Positions 7,618 through 17,127 are shown, numbered from the stretch's first letter. The stretch: DNA of 64,000 bases from an uncultured Clostridia bacterium (GCA_947629485.1 CANRDX010000001.1:6663-70662); one strand, 5' to 3'. The notes: generated by a model from the letters alone, not told the origin. Made by a program: numbers and translations.

Positions 7618-10600
7618 ATGAAAAAAATCAAACGGTTGCTCATGGTTGCGTTCAGCGTACTGTGCATTGTCTGCGCTGCGGCGGCGTTTGCGGCTTGCGG
7701 GGGAGATTCCTCCTACAAGCTCACGCTCAATGCAGGTGCGAACGGCACGGTCACGGCTTCTCCCGCATCCGACGACGGGGAATACGCATCGGGCACATCT
7801 ATCACCGTCACCGTAACGCCGAACAGCGGCTACGAAGTGGATACCTTCACGGTGAGCGGAGATAGCGACGCATCGCTTTCGGCAAACGGAACGTACACGT
7901 TCAAGATCGAGGCGGATACGACGATCGGTGCGACGTTCAAAGCGTCGCCGATCTTTACGGCAGATTATATCGGAACGTGGAGAATTTACGGCGTTTATAG
8001 CGGAGGATATGCGGCGGAAGTCACCGCGACCGGGCTGACGATCAACGGCACGGCGATCGATGTGACGAAGACGGCAGACGGCTATACGTTCGATGTGGAT
8101 TATGGCGAAGACACCACGGCGACTTGCAACGCGTCGCTCGTTGCGAACGGGCTGGTGCTTCACGTTGTCGCAGAAGTCCCCGCCGAAAGTGCGGACGAAG
8201 AGCCGTATGTTGAGCACATCTATCTTGTGAAAGACGGCGTGCAGCTTCCCGACGTCAAGCTCGGCGCTTCCTATTATAACACGAAGTGGGTTTGGGAAGG
8301 TGAGTATTTGTACGAAGTCGGCGCTCTCACCGTAGACGGCAGCGGCACGGTCACTTACCGCAGCGGCGAACCCGAAACGGTCGTCATTCTTTCCCTCGAC
8401 GCCACGGCGGGCACAGGTCTTGCGCTCGTCGGCCACACGCTCTACACCTTCACGGCGACGGCGGATTCCATCACGCTTTCGACGGACGGTGAGGACGACG
8501 CCGTCTTTACCAAAACGGTCATCGAGGCGGAGGAAGCTTCTCTTCCCACAGAGTTGGCAGGCACGTGGCAGGGCTGGCTGAACACGTACGATGAGGAAGG
8601 CAAGCTCGAAGTTGCAGCGGACGGCACCGCCAAGTGGAACGGCGAGGCGGTGACGACGTATGAAGAGGACAGCTATTACTTCTTCGCCTACGGCGGAAAT
8701 ACATATTGGATCGAGTTGTATGATTACAGTGCCATCCCCTTCGTCTCCGTTTCCGACGATTACGGCACGGAGTACAGTCTCTATCCGCTTGCGGAAGGGG
8801 TGGACGCAGAGGCCATTCCCTTCGGAACCTACACCTCCCTTACCGGCAAGACGATTGTGATCGCAGCGGATAAGATCACGATCAACGGCACGGAGTTCAC
8901 GCAGTTTATCACCAATGGGTACAATTATACCACGCTCGGAACGTTCTATCAGCTTAACGTCGAGTATGGCCGCGATTATATCTTGAAGGTCAGCGACGCA
9001 GAAGGCGTGGATCATGTCTATCTCAGGGGCGAGATTTCGCATCCCGAGACGCTCAACGAGGAGCTTGTCGGAAACTGGAACGTTACGACGCACAACGACT
9101 TCGGGCAGGCAACTTCCGCCGGCACGCTCGTCTTGAAGGCGGACGGCACCGCGACATGGGGGGATCACAAGATCCTCATTCTCTCCGCAGAAGAGTCGTA
9201 CGGCGGCTATTATCTGCTCGAAATGGTCATCGACGATTCCATTGTAACGGGTTCCTTCACGCTGTATGAAATGGAATTCCAGGGTATAGTCGGGCAGGCG
9301 TTCTACTACTTCGAGAAGGATCTTTCCGACGCGCTCTTCGATGAGACCTTCCTCGGCGAATGGGACGATCTCGGCGAGGATGAGCAGGTGCCCGTGATCG
9401 ACATCACCGCGAACAAGCTCACCCTTGACGGCGAAAAAGTGGACGTGACGGGCAATGCGAAAGACGGCTTCGTCTTTACCCATACCGATCCCGATACCGA
9501 GTGGGAGCTTACTTACACCCTCACGCTTTCCGACGACGGCTATGTTCTCATCGTTGTTGTGGAAAACGAGGCGAATGAGTATCACACGGTCTACTACTAC
9601 ATGAGTTACGAACACAATCCCGAATTTTACGTCATCGACGAATCCTATTGGGGAACCGAGTGGTCGGAAGGCGCCATGGGCGGTCTTTCCATCGACGAAT
9701 ACGGCGAGATCACGTGGAATAGCTACGGCCCTCTCTCCGTCAGATTTGTCACCGTCTCCAAAGACGGCAAGAGCGGTACGCTTGCCGCCGGCGCGGGCTA
9801 CTACTATTTCACGCTCGGCGACGACGACACCATCGTGCTCACCGAAGTGATGAATTCCGAAAATGTGCACCACTTCGTCAAAGAGGCGGAAGTCCCGCTC
9901 TCCATTCCCCAAGAACTTCGCGGCACGTGGAATGCGCTCACGATGGATGGGACTACGATCGTCATCGGCGAAACTTCCGTCACGGTGGATGGCGAAACTC
10001 CCGACTCCATCTTCTACGACAGCGAGATGCACACGATCTACCTCACATTGGCAGACGGCTCCGAGCCTTCCATCGTGCTCATGACCGACGGCAATGCGAT
10101 CTGCTATGTGGCAAATTATACTCCCGCCTTCTTTGTTCAAGAAGGGTTTGAAGGGCCTCAGACGCCCGTCTCCATGCCCGCGGACTACGTCGGTACATGG
10201 ACGGCTACGCACGGCGATGATGCCTACACCCTCACGGTAGACGCGCAGGGCGGCGTCACCATCGGCGACGATCAGTTCATGCTCCTCACGTTGGAAGAGG
10301 GATACGGCACGGCGATCTGGGGCGAGTATTGGTGCACTGTGGAGCTTGGAGAGGACTTCATCAAGTTCGATGTGTACTTTGGCGACACCTATAACTTCAC
10401 GCAGGGCGGTGACGTCGATCCCGTCGGTTCCACGCTTCTTCCCGAAGCGCTTCGCGGAAATACCTATACCTGCACCACGGCGGGCGAGGCGAACTTTGTG
10501 GTTGCCGCAGACGGCACCGTCTCTTGGGACGGCCATGTGGTTACCATTCTCTCCATCGAAGATTACAGCAATGATTATGGCATTTCTATCGACGGGCAGA

Positions 10601-11838
10601 TCGACGTGGACGGCGATACGTACAGTTTCAGCTGTCATAGTGTGGCGGAGCTTCATCTCGACAATTTCTCCATCGATAGTCATTACGTGTTTGTTCTGCC
10701 CGCAGAATTCGATGATTCGTATCTCGGGGACTATCATACCCTCACGGGCAAGACGTTGAAGGTCGAGACAAACAAGCTGACCGTCGGCGATGAAGTGTTC
10801 ACTTCCTTCTATGGCACCGCGGAAGACGGATACACAACGATGGGCGGCGATACGACGTATATAGTCGCTGCTTCCGAGTATGCTATCGGCGTTCTGTCTG
10901 TTACCCCTGTAATAGAAGGGACCCCTGGTACACCGTATGCTTATGTGACCGAGGATGTCGTAGGCGTCGAATCGCTCGACGAAGCGTATGTCGGGGACTG
11001 GACTGTCACGGATGTCACGGAAGATGAGGTCGATGCGGGTACCCTTGTCCTCGCTGCCGACGGCACCGCGACCTGGGATGGCCATGAGGTGCTTGTGCTT
11101 CTCACGTTTGATCAGACTGACGAGGGAATGACAACCTACATGGTATTGATGATTATCGACGACTATATGATCGACTCCTTCTTCTTCTTCACCGATTGCT
11201 ATATCGCGGAGTATGTGGACGTAGGTGACAGCACGTACACCTTCACGAAGGTCGTCGCTGAACCCGAAACGATCCCCGCCGATCTGCAAGGATATTTCAC
11301 GGCGTCGAAATTAACTTACGATATTATCCTCGACGTTGAGGAAGATGTCATTCACTTCACCCTCAATGGGGACAAGACGGACGTGACGGATTTTACCTAT
11401 CAGGAATTTTGCGAAGATGATCTTCCCGGCATTGTGTTCACGGTGAACGAAGTGGAGTATAAGTTCTACGGAACGCCGGATTACCCCGACTACGGTCCGT
11501 ATTTCCAAATCAAGTTCCCGTCGGCAGACGGCGTTAATGTCTTGATAGACGCTACGCCGAGCGAGAAGCCCGTGATCACTTCTGACGAATTCATCGGCAA
11601 CTTCACGGGAACCGGAGACGATGAAACGGAATTCACGCTCGTTGTCGACGCATTCTCCGTGAAGCTCAATGGTGAGACGGCGACAGATGTTTCGGAAAGC
11701 AATTTCATGGGAACGCCCGCCATCTTCTTTACAACGACGGCGTATGGAACATGCTTTTTGGAGTATGCCGCTGACGGCACCTATACCCTTTATACCAACA
11801 GTATGTATGGTACTTCTGCTACCATGACGAAGAACTGA
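7618..11838 (+). CDS. Very large surface lipoprotein: InlB-B-repeat-like N-terminal domain plus about 12 tandem GTW-type (lipocalin-like) modules
   Basis: 1406 aa. Signal peptide with lipobox AAFAACGG. The N-terminal segment YKLTLNAGANGTVTASP..GTSITVTVTPNSGYEVDTFTVSG resembles the divergent InlB B-repeat. Modules of about 90-110 aa recur, opening with (L/Y)xG(T/N/D/E)W and containing ADGT(A/V)xW(D/N/G)G. AAGGAGATAGG RBS. Confidence 0.8.
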   Translation: MKKIKRLLMVAFSVLCIVCAAAAFAACGGDSSYKLTLNAGANGTVTASPASDDGEYASGTSITVTVTPNSGYEVDTFTVSGDSDASLSANGTYTFKIEADTTIGATFKASPIFTADYIGTWRIYGVYSGGYAAEVTATGLTINGTAIDVTKTADGYTFDVDYGEDTTATCNASLVANGLVLHVVAEVPAESADEEPYVEHIYLVKDGVQLPDVKLGASYYNTKWVWEGEYLYEVGALTVDGSGTVTYRSGEPETVVILSLDATAGTGLALVGHTLYTFTATADSITLSTDGEDDAVFTKTVIEAEEASLPTELAGTWQGWLNTYDEEGKLEVAADGTAKWNGEAVTTYEEDSYYFFAYGGNTYWIELYDYSAIPFVSVSDDYGTEYSLYPLAEGVDAEAIPFGTYTSLTGKTIVIAADKITINGTEFTQFITNGYNYTTLGTFYQLNVEYGRDYILKVSDAEGVDHVYLRGEISHPETLNEELVGNWNVTTHNDFGQATSAGTLVLKADGTATWGDHKILILSAEESYGGYYLLEMVIDDSIVTGSFTLYEMEFQGIVGQAFYYFEKDLSDALFDETFLGEWDDLGEDEQVPVIDITANKLTLDGEKVDVTGNAKDGFVFTHTDPDTEWELTYTLTLSDDGYVLIVVVENEANEYHTVYYYMSYEHNPEFYVIDESYWGTEWSEGAMGGLSIDEYGEITWNSYGPLSVRFVTVSKDGKSGTLAAGAGYYYFTLGDDDTIVLTEVMNSENVHHFVKEAEVPLSIPQELRGTWNALTMDGTTIVIGETSVTVDGETPDSIFYDSEMHTIYLTLADGSEPSIVLMTDGNAICYVANYTPAFFVQEGFEGPQTPVSMPADYVGTWTATHGDDAYTLTVDAQGGVTIGDDQFMLLTLEEGYGTAIWGEYWCTVELGEDFIKFDVYFGDTYNFTQGGDVDPVGSTLLPEALRGNTYTCTTAGEANFVVAADGTVSWDGHVVTILSIEDYSNDYGISIDGQIDVDGDTYSFSCHSVAELHLDNFSIDSHYVFVLPAEFDDSYLGDYHTLTGKTLKVETNKLTVGDEVFTSFYGTAEDGYTTMGGDTTYIVAASEYAIGVLSVTPVIEGTPGTPYAYVTEDVVGVESLDEAYVGDWTVTDVTEDEVDAGTLVLAADGTATWDGHEVLVLLTFDQTDEGMTTYMVLMIIDDYMIDSFFFFTDCYIAEYVDVGDSTYTFTKVVAEPETIPADLQGYFTASKLTYDIILDVEEDVIHFTLNGDKTDVTDFTYQEFCEDDLPGIVFTVNEVEYKFYGTPDYPDYGPYFQIKFPSADGVNVLIDATPSEKPVITSDEFIGNFTGTGDDETEFTLVVDAFSVKLNGETATDVSESNFMGTPAIFFTTTAYGTCFLEYAADGTYTLYTNSMYGTSATMTKN

Positions 11839-11879
11839 CCGAAAGAGCGGCGGCGCGCTCCGCGCGCACCCAACACAAC

Positions 11880-11913
11880 AAAAAAATTACGGGCGCTCGC
11901 CCGTAATTTTTTT
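11880..11913. terminator. Bidirectional intrinsic terminator
   Basis: Stem attacgggc/gcccgtaat flanked by A7 upstream and T7 downstream. Confidence 0.8.
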
Positions 11914-11954
11914 GTCCCCGCACGGGCAAAATGACCTGCCCCCGTTTACGGGGG

Positions 11955-12360
11955 CGGGTGTCACGGCTCCGCCGTGACAGGTGGGGGTAAACACTTGTCG
12001 CCCCTGAAAGGGGAGATGTCACGAAGTGACAGAGGGGTTATAACCCTTTCCCCCGCTACGCGGGTACTTTCCCTTTCAGGGACAGCCTAACCCTCATCAG
12101 TCACCTGCGGTGACAGCTTCCCCCGTAGACGGGGGAAGCCCTACCCCTTTCAAGGGGGAGGGTGGCGAGCGCAGCGAGACGGGTGGGGGCAAACACTTGT
12201 CGCTCCTGAAAGGGGAGATGTCACGAAGTGACAGAGGGGTTATAACCCTTTCCCCCGCTACGCGGGTACTTTCCCTTTCAGGGACAGCCTAACCCCCATC
12301 AGTCACCTGCGGTGACAGCTTCCCCCTTCGACGGGGGAAGCCCTACCCCCTTCAAAGGGG
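11955..12360. repeat. Tandem duplication (two units of about 202 bp) of a multi-hairpin cassette (locus C)
   Basis: aaacacttgtcgc..gggggaagccctaccc starts at 11989 and again at 12191. The two units differ at fewer than about ten positions by eye. Confidence 0.9.
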
Positions 12361-12404
12361 GCAGCGCGCAGCGTGGGCGGAGGGGGGAATTTCACCCGTT
12401 CCCA

Positions 12405-12433
12405 TTGACGGATCGCAAAAGCGGCGGTATAAT
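12405..12433 (+). promoter_or_regulatory. Consensus sigma-A promoter for ansA
   Basis: TTGACG (12405-12410), 17-nt spacer, TATAAT (12428-12433). Confidence 0.7.
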
Positions 12434-12484
12434 AGAGAACGTAGGGCGAATAAAATGCGCGGAATCTCCGCGAAGGGATCAAGT

Positions 12485-13468
12485 ATGAAAAATATTTTAC
12501 TCATTGCCACGGGCGGCACGATCGCTTCTAAACCGACGAAAGGGGGGCTTGCCCCTTCGATCACGCCCTCCGAGCTTCTTTCCTATGTGCCCGAGATCGC
12601 CGAGGTCGCGCGGGTCGGCGAAGTCCAGCCCTTCAACCTCGATAGCACCAACGTCTCCCCCAAGCATTGGCTGGAAATCGCGCGCATCATCGAAGAGCGC
12701 TACGACGAATTCGATGGGTTCGTCGTCACGCACGGCACCGATACGATGGCGTATACTGCCGCCGCGCTCTCGTATCTCATTCAGTCCTCTCCCAAGCCCA
12801 TTGTGCTCACGGGGTCGCAAAAATCCGTATATCTGCGCGATACCGACGCGCGCAAGAATCTTGCCGACGCCTTCTCCTACTGTGCGGACGACGGCGCCTT
12901 CGGCGTGCACGTCGTGTTCGACGGGAATGTGATCCTCGGCACGCGCGCAAAAAAGACGAGAACGCGCAGTTATAACGCCTTTACGAGCATCGACTTCCCC
13001 GATATCGCGATCTTGCGCGACGGGAAGCCCTTCTATTACATTCGCGAAGAGAAGCCGAAGGGCAGGCCTCGGTTCTTCCGCGCGCTCGACGACGGCGTGT
13101 TCGTGCTGAAACTCATCCCGGGGCTGCAATCGGATATCTTCGATTATCTCGACGCCCACTGCACCGCGCTCGTGATAGAATCGTTCGGAACGGGCGGACT
13201 GCCCGCATACGGCGGTTGGGAAGAGCGGCTTGCCGCCTTTTTGCAAATGGGGAGGACGGCGGTCTTTACCACGCAGGTGGAACGGGAGGGCAGCGCGTTA
13301 GATCGGTATGAGGTGGGGCAAAAGCTCAAAGGGCTTGGGCGCGTGTTGGAGGCGCGCAGCATGACGCTGGAAGCGACGGCGTGCAAGCTGATGTGGCTGC
13401 TCGCCTTTGCGGAGGAGAACGATATCGAGCCGCTCTTCTACGACCCTGTCGCCCACGACATCATTTAA
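12485..13468 (+). CDS. ansA: Type I L-asparaginase
   Basis: The active-site threonine motif IATGGTIAS and a second motif HGTDTMAYTAAALS are present. I place the start at ATG 12485 (MKNILL) rather than the upstream ATG 12455. Confidence 0.9.
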   Translation: MKNILLIATGGTIASKPTKGGLAPSITPSELLSYVPEIAEVARVGEVQPFNLDSTNVSPKHWLEIARIIEERYDEFDGFVVTHGTDTMAYTAAALSYLIQSSPKPIVLTGSQKSVYLRDTDARKNLADAFSYCADDGAFGVHVVFDGNVILGTRAKKTRTRSYNAFTSIDFPDIAILRDGKPFYYIREEKPKGRPRFFRALDDGVFVLKLIPGLQSDIFDYLDAHCTALVIESFGTGGLPAYGGWEERLAAFLQMGRTAVFTTQVEREGSALDRYEVGQKLKGLGRVLEARSMTLEATACKLMWLLAFAEENDIEPLFYDPVAHDII

Positions 13469-13566
13469 GCGATGATTTTGGGCGATTCTTCGGGCGTTTT
13501 TCTCGCCCATTCCGCGCCATAGCAGGGCGAAAGATGAAAAAATTTTCATTATTTTGTCGCAAAGTG

Positions 13567-13596
13567 TTGACATTTCAAATAGGGGGGGGGTATAAT
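13567..13596 (+). promoter_or_regulatory. Sigma-A-type promoter
   Basis: TTGACA, 18-nt spacer, TATAAT. Confidence 0.6.
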
Positions 13597-13631
13597 AGTT
13601 TCATAAAATCCATTTTAGGAGGATATGAAAC

Positions 13632-14102
13632 ATGGCAAAAGCACACAAGCCCTCTACTCTGGGCATCATCCTCTCCGCAGTAGCGGGCGTAGGATTCGTT
13701 CTCGCGATCGTCGGACTTGCGATCGACGCGATCTCTGCGGGCGCATCCGGATTGAGCATGGGTATCGGCCTTTTTGATCTCAAAAACACCGGCACCAGCA
13801 TTCCCGGCGAACTCGTCCCTGCATTCGGCACTATCAGCTTCATTTTGGCGTTCGTCTCCTGCCTGTTGGTCGTTCTGAGCGCAGTCGGCATCGTCAAGCT
13901 CCCCAAGATCGTCAAGATCGTCCTCTCGACGCTCGTCGCGGTCTGCGCGGTCCTCACTGTTGTGTTCGCGATCGTTCTCGTCGGTCAGCTGAACAGTTTG
14001 TTTGGCGAGGGCGTGAGTTTGTATAAGATCGCCGCAGGTCCCTTCCTTCTTGCCATCGGCGCGATCGCTGCGACCGCTCCCCTGAACTTCTTGAAGGACT
14101 GA
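13632..14102 (+). CDS. Small polytopic membrane protein, function unknown
   Basis: 156 aa with about four hydrophobic helices. AGGAGG lies 9 nt upstream of the ATG. I recognise no family. Confidence 0.6.
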   Translation: MAKAHKPSTLGIILSAVAGVGFVLAIVGLAIDAISAGASGLSMGIGLFDLKNTGTSIPGELVPAFGTISFILAFVSCLLVVLSAVGIVKLPKIVKIVLSTLVAVCAVLTVVFAIVLVGQLNSLFGEGVSLYKIAAGPFLLAIGAIAATAPLNFLKD

Positions 14103-14132
14103 TCGTAAAAAGGGCAATTTCATGAAAAAAGA

Positions 14133-14159
14133 GGGTGGCGCTGCGGCGCCATCCTTTTT
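14133..14159 (+). terminator. Intrinsic terminator
   Basis: Stem ggtggcgc/gcgccatc (one G-U pair), then ttttt. Confidence 0.65.
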
Positions 14160-14183
14160 CGTATGCTTTTTCTGCGCGTTCCC

Positions 14184-14212
14184 TTGCTTTTTCGGCGGCA
14201 ACGTGCTATGAT
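14184..14212 (+). promoter_or_regulatory. Candidate promoter for upp
   Basis: TTGCTT, 17-nt spacer, TATGAT. Confidence 0.45.
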
Positions 14213-14242
14213 AGAGAGGATAAGGCACGGCGGAGGAATCCC

Positions 14243-14881
14243 ATGCAAAAGTATAAGAATATCTTTATCTTCGATCACCCCCTCATCAAGCACAAGGTCT
14301 CCATTCTTCGTGATAAAAACACGGGGATGAAGGAATTCCGCGAACTCATCGAGGAGATCACGACGATCATGACCTACGAGAGCATGCGCGATGTGGAACT
14401 GCTTCCCATCGAGGTCGAGACCCCCCTCGAAAAGACGGTGCAATACCGCATTCCCGAGGAGAGCATCGCGATCGTCCCCATTCTCCGCGCGGGCTTGGGC
14501 ATGGTCAACGGCGTTCACAAGGTGTTTCCCACGGCGCGCGTGGGGCATATCGGCATGTACCGCGACGAGACGACGCTGGAACCGCGGGAATATTATTGCA
14601 AACTGCCCGAGGGGATAGAGGACAAAATGGTATTCCTCGTGGACCCCATGCTTGCGACGGGAGGCTCCGCCTGCGACGCGTTGCGCGCGCTCAAATCGCG
14701 CGGGGTGAAACGCATCAAGTTCATGGCGATCATCGCCGCGCCCGAGGGGATGGAAGCCGTCGCCGCGGCGCACCCCGACGTGCCAGTCTATATCTCCACG
14801 GTGGATCGCTGCCTCAACGAGCACGGGTACATTTTGCCCGGGCTGGGCGACGCGGGCGACCGTCTCTACGGCACAAAATAA
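14243..14881 (+). CDS. upp: Uracil phosphoribosyltransferase
   Basis: FDHPLIKHKVSILRD N-terminus and PRPP-binding loop LVDPMLATGGS. Start placed at ATG 14243 with GGAGGA 5 nt upstream. Confidence 0.92.
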   Translation: MQKYKNIFIFDHPLIKHKVSILRDKNTGMKEFRELIEEITTIMTYESMRDVELLPIEVETPLEKTVQYRIPEESIAIVPILRAGLGMVNGVHKVFPTARVGHIGMYRDETTLEPREYYCKLPEGIEDKMVFLVDPMLATGGSACDALRALKSRGVKRIKFMAIIAAPEGMEAVAAAHPDVPVYISTVDRCLNEHGYILPGLGDAGDRLYGTK

Positions 14882-14900
14882 GCGAATTGCACGAAAAGTT

Positions 14901-14927
14901 CGGGGAGGCACTGCCTCCCCGTTTTTT
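14901..14927 (+). terminator. Intrinsic terminator between convergent genes
   Basis: Stem cggggaggc/gcctccccg, then tttttt. Confidence 0.8.
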
Positions 14928-14965
14928 GTCCTTTTTCCGATTTTCGCCGAGAAAAAATCTTCCCG

Positions 14966-15679
14966 TCACTCCGTGAGCGTGTTGACGGTGAGTTTTACGA
15001 GCAGGTTTTTTCTTCTCGCAAGGGAGAGAATCGAGGGCGTTACGCGTTCCCCCGCCAGCGCGACGGGGTTGCCGAAGCTATCGAAGAGGCTGCGCTTCAC
15101 GCGCCTTCCCAACAGGTTGGTATGGTTGAGAAGCGCGATTTTCGGCGCCTCCTTCTCGGGCATGGGTGCAGCGGAAGCCGTCTCCGCCGCGGCATGGGCG
15201 GGCTTCTTTCTCGGTGTGCGCCGATTTTCGGCAGAAGGTTTGGACGCGGCGGTGCGCGAGGCGGCGCGCCGCGCCGCCTCGTTCGGATAGACGACGACGT
15301 GTTCGGCGATGAGGGCGCGGGAGACGGGGACCGTCATGCGCACGCCTTCGCGGGAGACGGCGAGGACGCCCTCTTCCCCTTCGCCGAGGAGCAGATCGGA
15401 GACGACGCCGAGCGCCTCGCCCGTCTGCGCGTAAGCCGTCTTTCCCACGGGGGAGGGGACGCCCGCGGGCGCGTTGAGACGGCTCTTTCCCGCGATCACC
15501 CCATCGCCCGCCGAGAGGATCGCCTTGCCGGGCAGGTAGAATTCTTCCTCGTCGCCGTCCGCGCACACGAGGCAGGCGATCTGCGTAAAATCGCGGGTGG
15601 GGCGGGCTTCGGTGACATAGCCGTATGCCTGCCCCGCGGGGGAGAGAATGGGTTTTCCGATAAGCGTTGAAAGCTGCAT
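14966..15679 (-). CDS. PRC-barrel domain-containing protein
   Basis: 237 aa. Two PRC-like segments (LIGKPILSPAGQAYGYV; VGKTAYAQTGEALGVVSDLL), an Ala/Arg-rich linker and a conserved-looking C-terminal tail. The family call is tentative. Confidence 0.5.
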   Translation of the reverse strand: MQLSTLIGKPILSPAGQAYGYVTEARPTRDFTQIACLVCADGDEEEFYLPGKAILSAGDGVIAGKSRLNAPAGVPSPVGKTAYAQTGEALGVVSDLLLGEGEEGVLAVSREGVRMTVPVSRALIAEHVVVYPNEAARRAASRTAASKPSAENRRTPRKKPAHAAAETASAAPMPEKEAPKIALLNHTNLLGRRVKRSLFDSFGNPVALAGERVTPSILSLARRKNLLVKLTVNTLTE

Positions 15680-15810
15680 AATGACCTCTTTGCCCTATGG
15701 TATTCTCATTTTTGCCGAAAGAACGGTGCAATTTTTGTATGAAGAAAGAAGATTTTGTCAAATGAAAAGGCGCTCGGAAGGGGGGAAGCCCGTTTTTTTG
15801 CCACTTTTAC

Positions 15811-15839
15811 TTGACAATCGCCTTTTACGGTTGTAAAAT
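15811..15839 (+). promoter_or_regulatory. Sigma-A promoter (extended -10)
   Basis: TTGACA, 17-nt spacer, TG-TAAAAT. Confidence 0.65.
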
Positions 15840-15869
15840 GATAGCACCGAAAAACGCGAGCGGCAGAAC

Positions 15870-17111
15870 ATGGAAAATCTATACGACACTACCCCCAAAC
15901 GCAGATCGAAGGAATACAAGAAGTTCTTGAAGGAGATCGCCGAGACCTACAACACCAACGGCAAACCCACGGTGCTCATGGTCTGCGATACCTTCTTCCC
16001 CGTTTTCGACGGTGTCGTGAACGTTTTGGATAATTATTGCAAAAATCTCAAAGAGAACGTCAACGTCGTTGTGCTCGCGCCTTCCTTCCGCGGGCGCGTC
16101 TATATGAAGAGCTACCCCGTGATCGGCGTTCCCAATCTCTATTCCAAAGCGCTCGGCTACAACATCGTGCTCCCGGGCGCGGCGCGCTGTTATCGGAAAC
16201 TGCTCTCCACCCTTCGGATCGACCTCATCCATTGCCATTCGCCCTTCTTCCTCGGGAGGATCGCGCTCCGCATGCACAAGAAGCGCAAGATCCCGATGGT
16301 GACGACCTTCCACTCCCAATACAGGCGGGACTTCGTGAAATATGTGGGCGACGGGCTTCTCACGCGCTTCCTCATGCGCTTCATCATGAAGGTGTTTTGC
16401 GGCAGCGACGAGCTGTGGACGATGCAGCCCGCCGTGGGCGACGTCGCGCGGAGCTACGGCTACGAGGGCAAGATCCGCTATCTTCCCAACGCGACGGTGT
16501 TTGAACCCTCCAAAGACTACGAAAGCGAGCGCCGTCTTGCGCGCGAAAAGATGGGCGCGGGCGACGAACCGCTGTTCCTCTTCGTCGGTCGGCTCGTCGC
16601 GCAGAAAAACATTCTCTTCCTTGCGGAAGTGCTGGGAGAACTCAAACGGCGCGGCTTGAAGTTCAAAATGATCTTCGTGGGAGAGGGACCCGATCACGCG
16701 AAATTGCAGAAGAAGCTCAAAGAGGAGAACGTGAGCGAGGAGACGGTTTTCATGGGGCATGTCTCGGATATCTCCGTTCTCGAAGAGCTGTACGCCGCCG
16801 CCGATCTCTTTTTGTTCCCGAGCCTGTACGATACCAACAGCCTCGTACAGGTGGAGGCGGCATCCCGCCGTACGCCCACGGCGTTTGCCGAAGGCAGCAC
16901 GACGTCGTGCACCGTCACCGACGGCGTAAACGGCTACATACTCCCGTGCGATAAAGAGGGGTTCGCAGACGGCGTCATGCGGGCGATCTCCGATCGGGAG
17001 GAGCTGGAAGAGATGGGAAGGCGCGCCTTCCGCGACCTCTATGTCACATGGGGCGGCGTCGTCGAGCGCGCGGAGCAGTATTACAGGGAGATCATCTCCG
17101 CGCAAAAATAA
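15870..17111 (+). CDS. Family 4 glycosyltransferase (GT-B fold)
   Basis: 413 aa. The C-terminal half has the GT4 pattern FVGRLVAQKN..GEGPD..ADLFLFPSLYDTNSLVQVEAAS. Confidence 0.8.
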   Translation: MENLYDTTPKRRSKEYKKFLKEIAETYNTNGKPTVLMVCDTFFPVFDGVVNVLDNYCKNLKENVNVVVLAPSFRGRVYMKSYPVIGVPNLYSKALGYNIVLPGAARCYRKLLSTLRIDLIHCHSPFFLGRIALRMHKKRKIPMVTTFHSQYRRDFVKYVGDGLLTRFLMRFIMKVFCGSDELWTMQPAVGDVARSYGYEGKIRYLPNATVFEPSKDYESERRLAREKMGAGDEPLFLFVGRLVAQKNILFLAEVLGELKRRGLKFKMIFVGEGPDHAKLQKKLKEENVSEETVFMGHVSDISVLEELYAAADLFLFPSLYDTNSLVQVEAASRRTPTAFAEGSTTSCTVTDGVNGYILPCDKEGFADGVMRAISDREELEEMGRRAFRDLYVTWGGVVERAEQYYREIISAQK

Positions 17112-17127
17112 GTTTGAAACCGACGAA

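Noticed and set aside
7603-11289. 1228-aa minus-strand ORF, and similar long antisense ORFs at 197-1195, 5027-6931, 26972-29908, 29921-32530, 38679-40706, 55912-58317, 59504-61684 and 61817-63907.
   Set aside because: All lie antisense to genes with clear family motifs, signal peptides, RBSs and promoters. Their translations are Arg/Gly/Asp/His/Val-rich with no recognisable motif. This is typical of stop-codon-poor shadow frames in GC-rich DNA.
12110-12292. Short ORFs inside the repeat mosaics, for example 12110-12292, 7005-7232, 1627-1932, 17770-17997 and 47814-48029.
   Set aside because: They are generated by the repeated hairpin DNA, and the same peptide fragments recur wherever a module recurs. 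They lack an RBS and have low-complexity Gly/Pro/Arg composition.
11955-12360. CRISPR array hypothesis for the tandem and clustered repeats.
   Set aside because: The repeat units are about 202 bp and contiguous, with no unique spacers of regular length. The other loci are mosaics of different modules. There are no cas genes in the window.
14160-14242. PyrR-binding attenuator upstream of upp.
   Set aside because: Only a partial AGAGAGG resemblance is present. There is no terminator/antiterminator pair and the leader is about 25 nt long.
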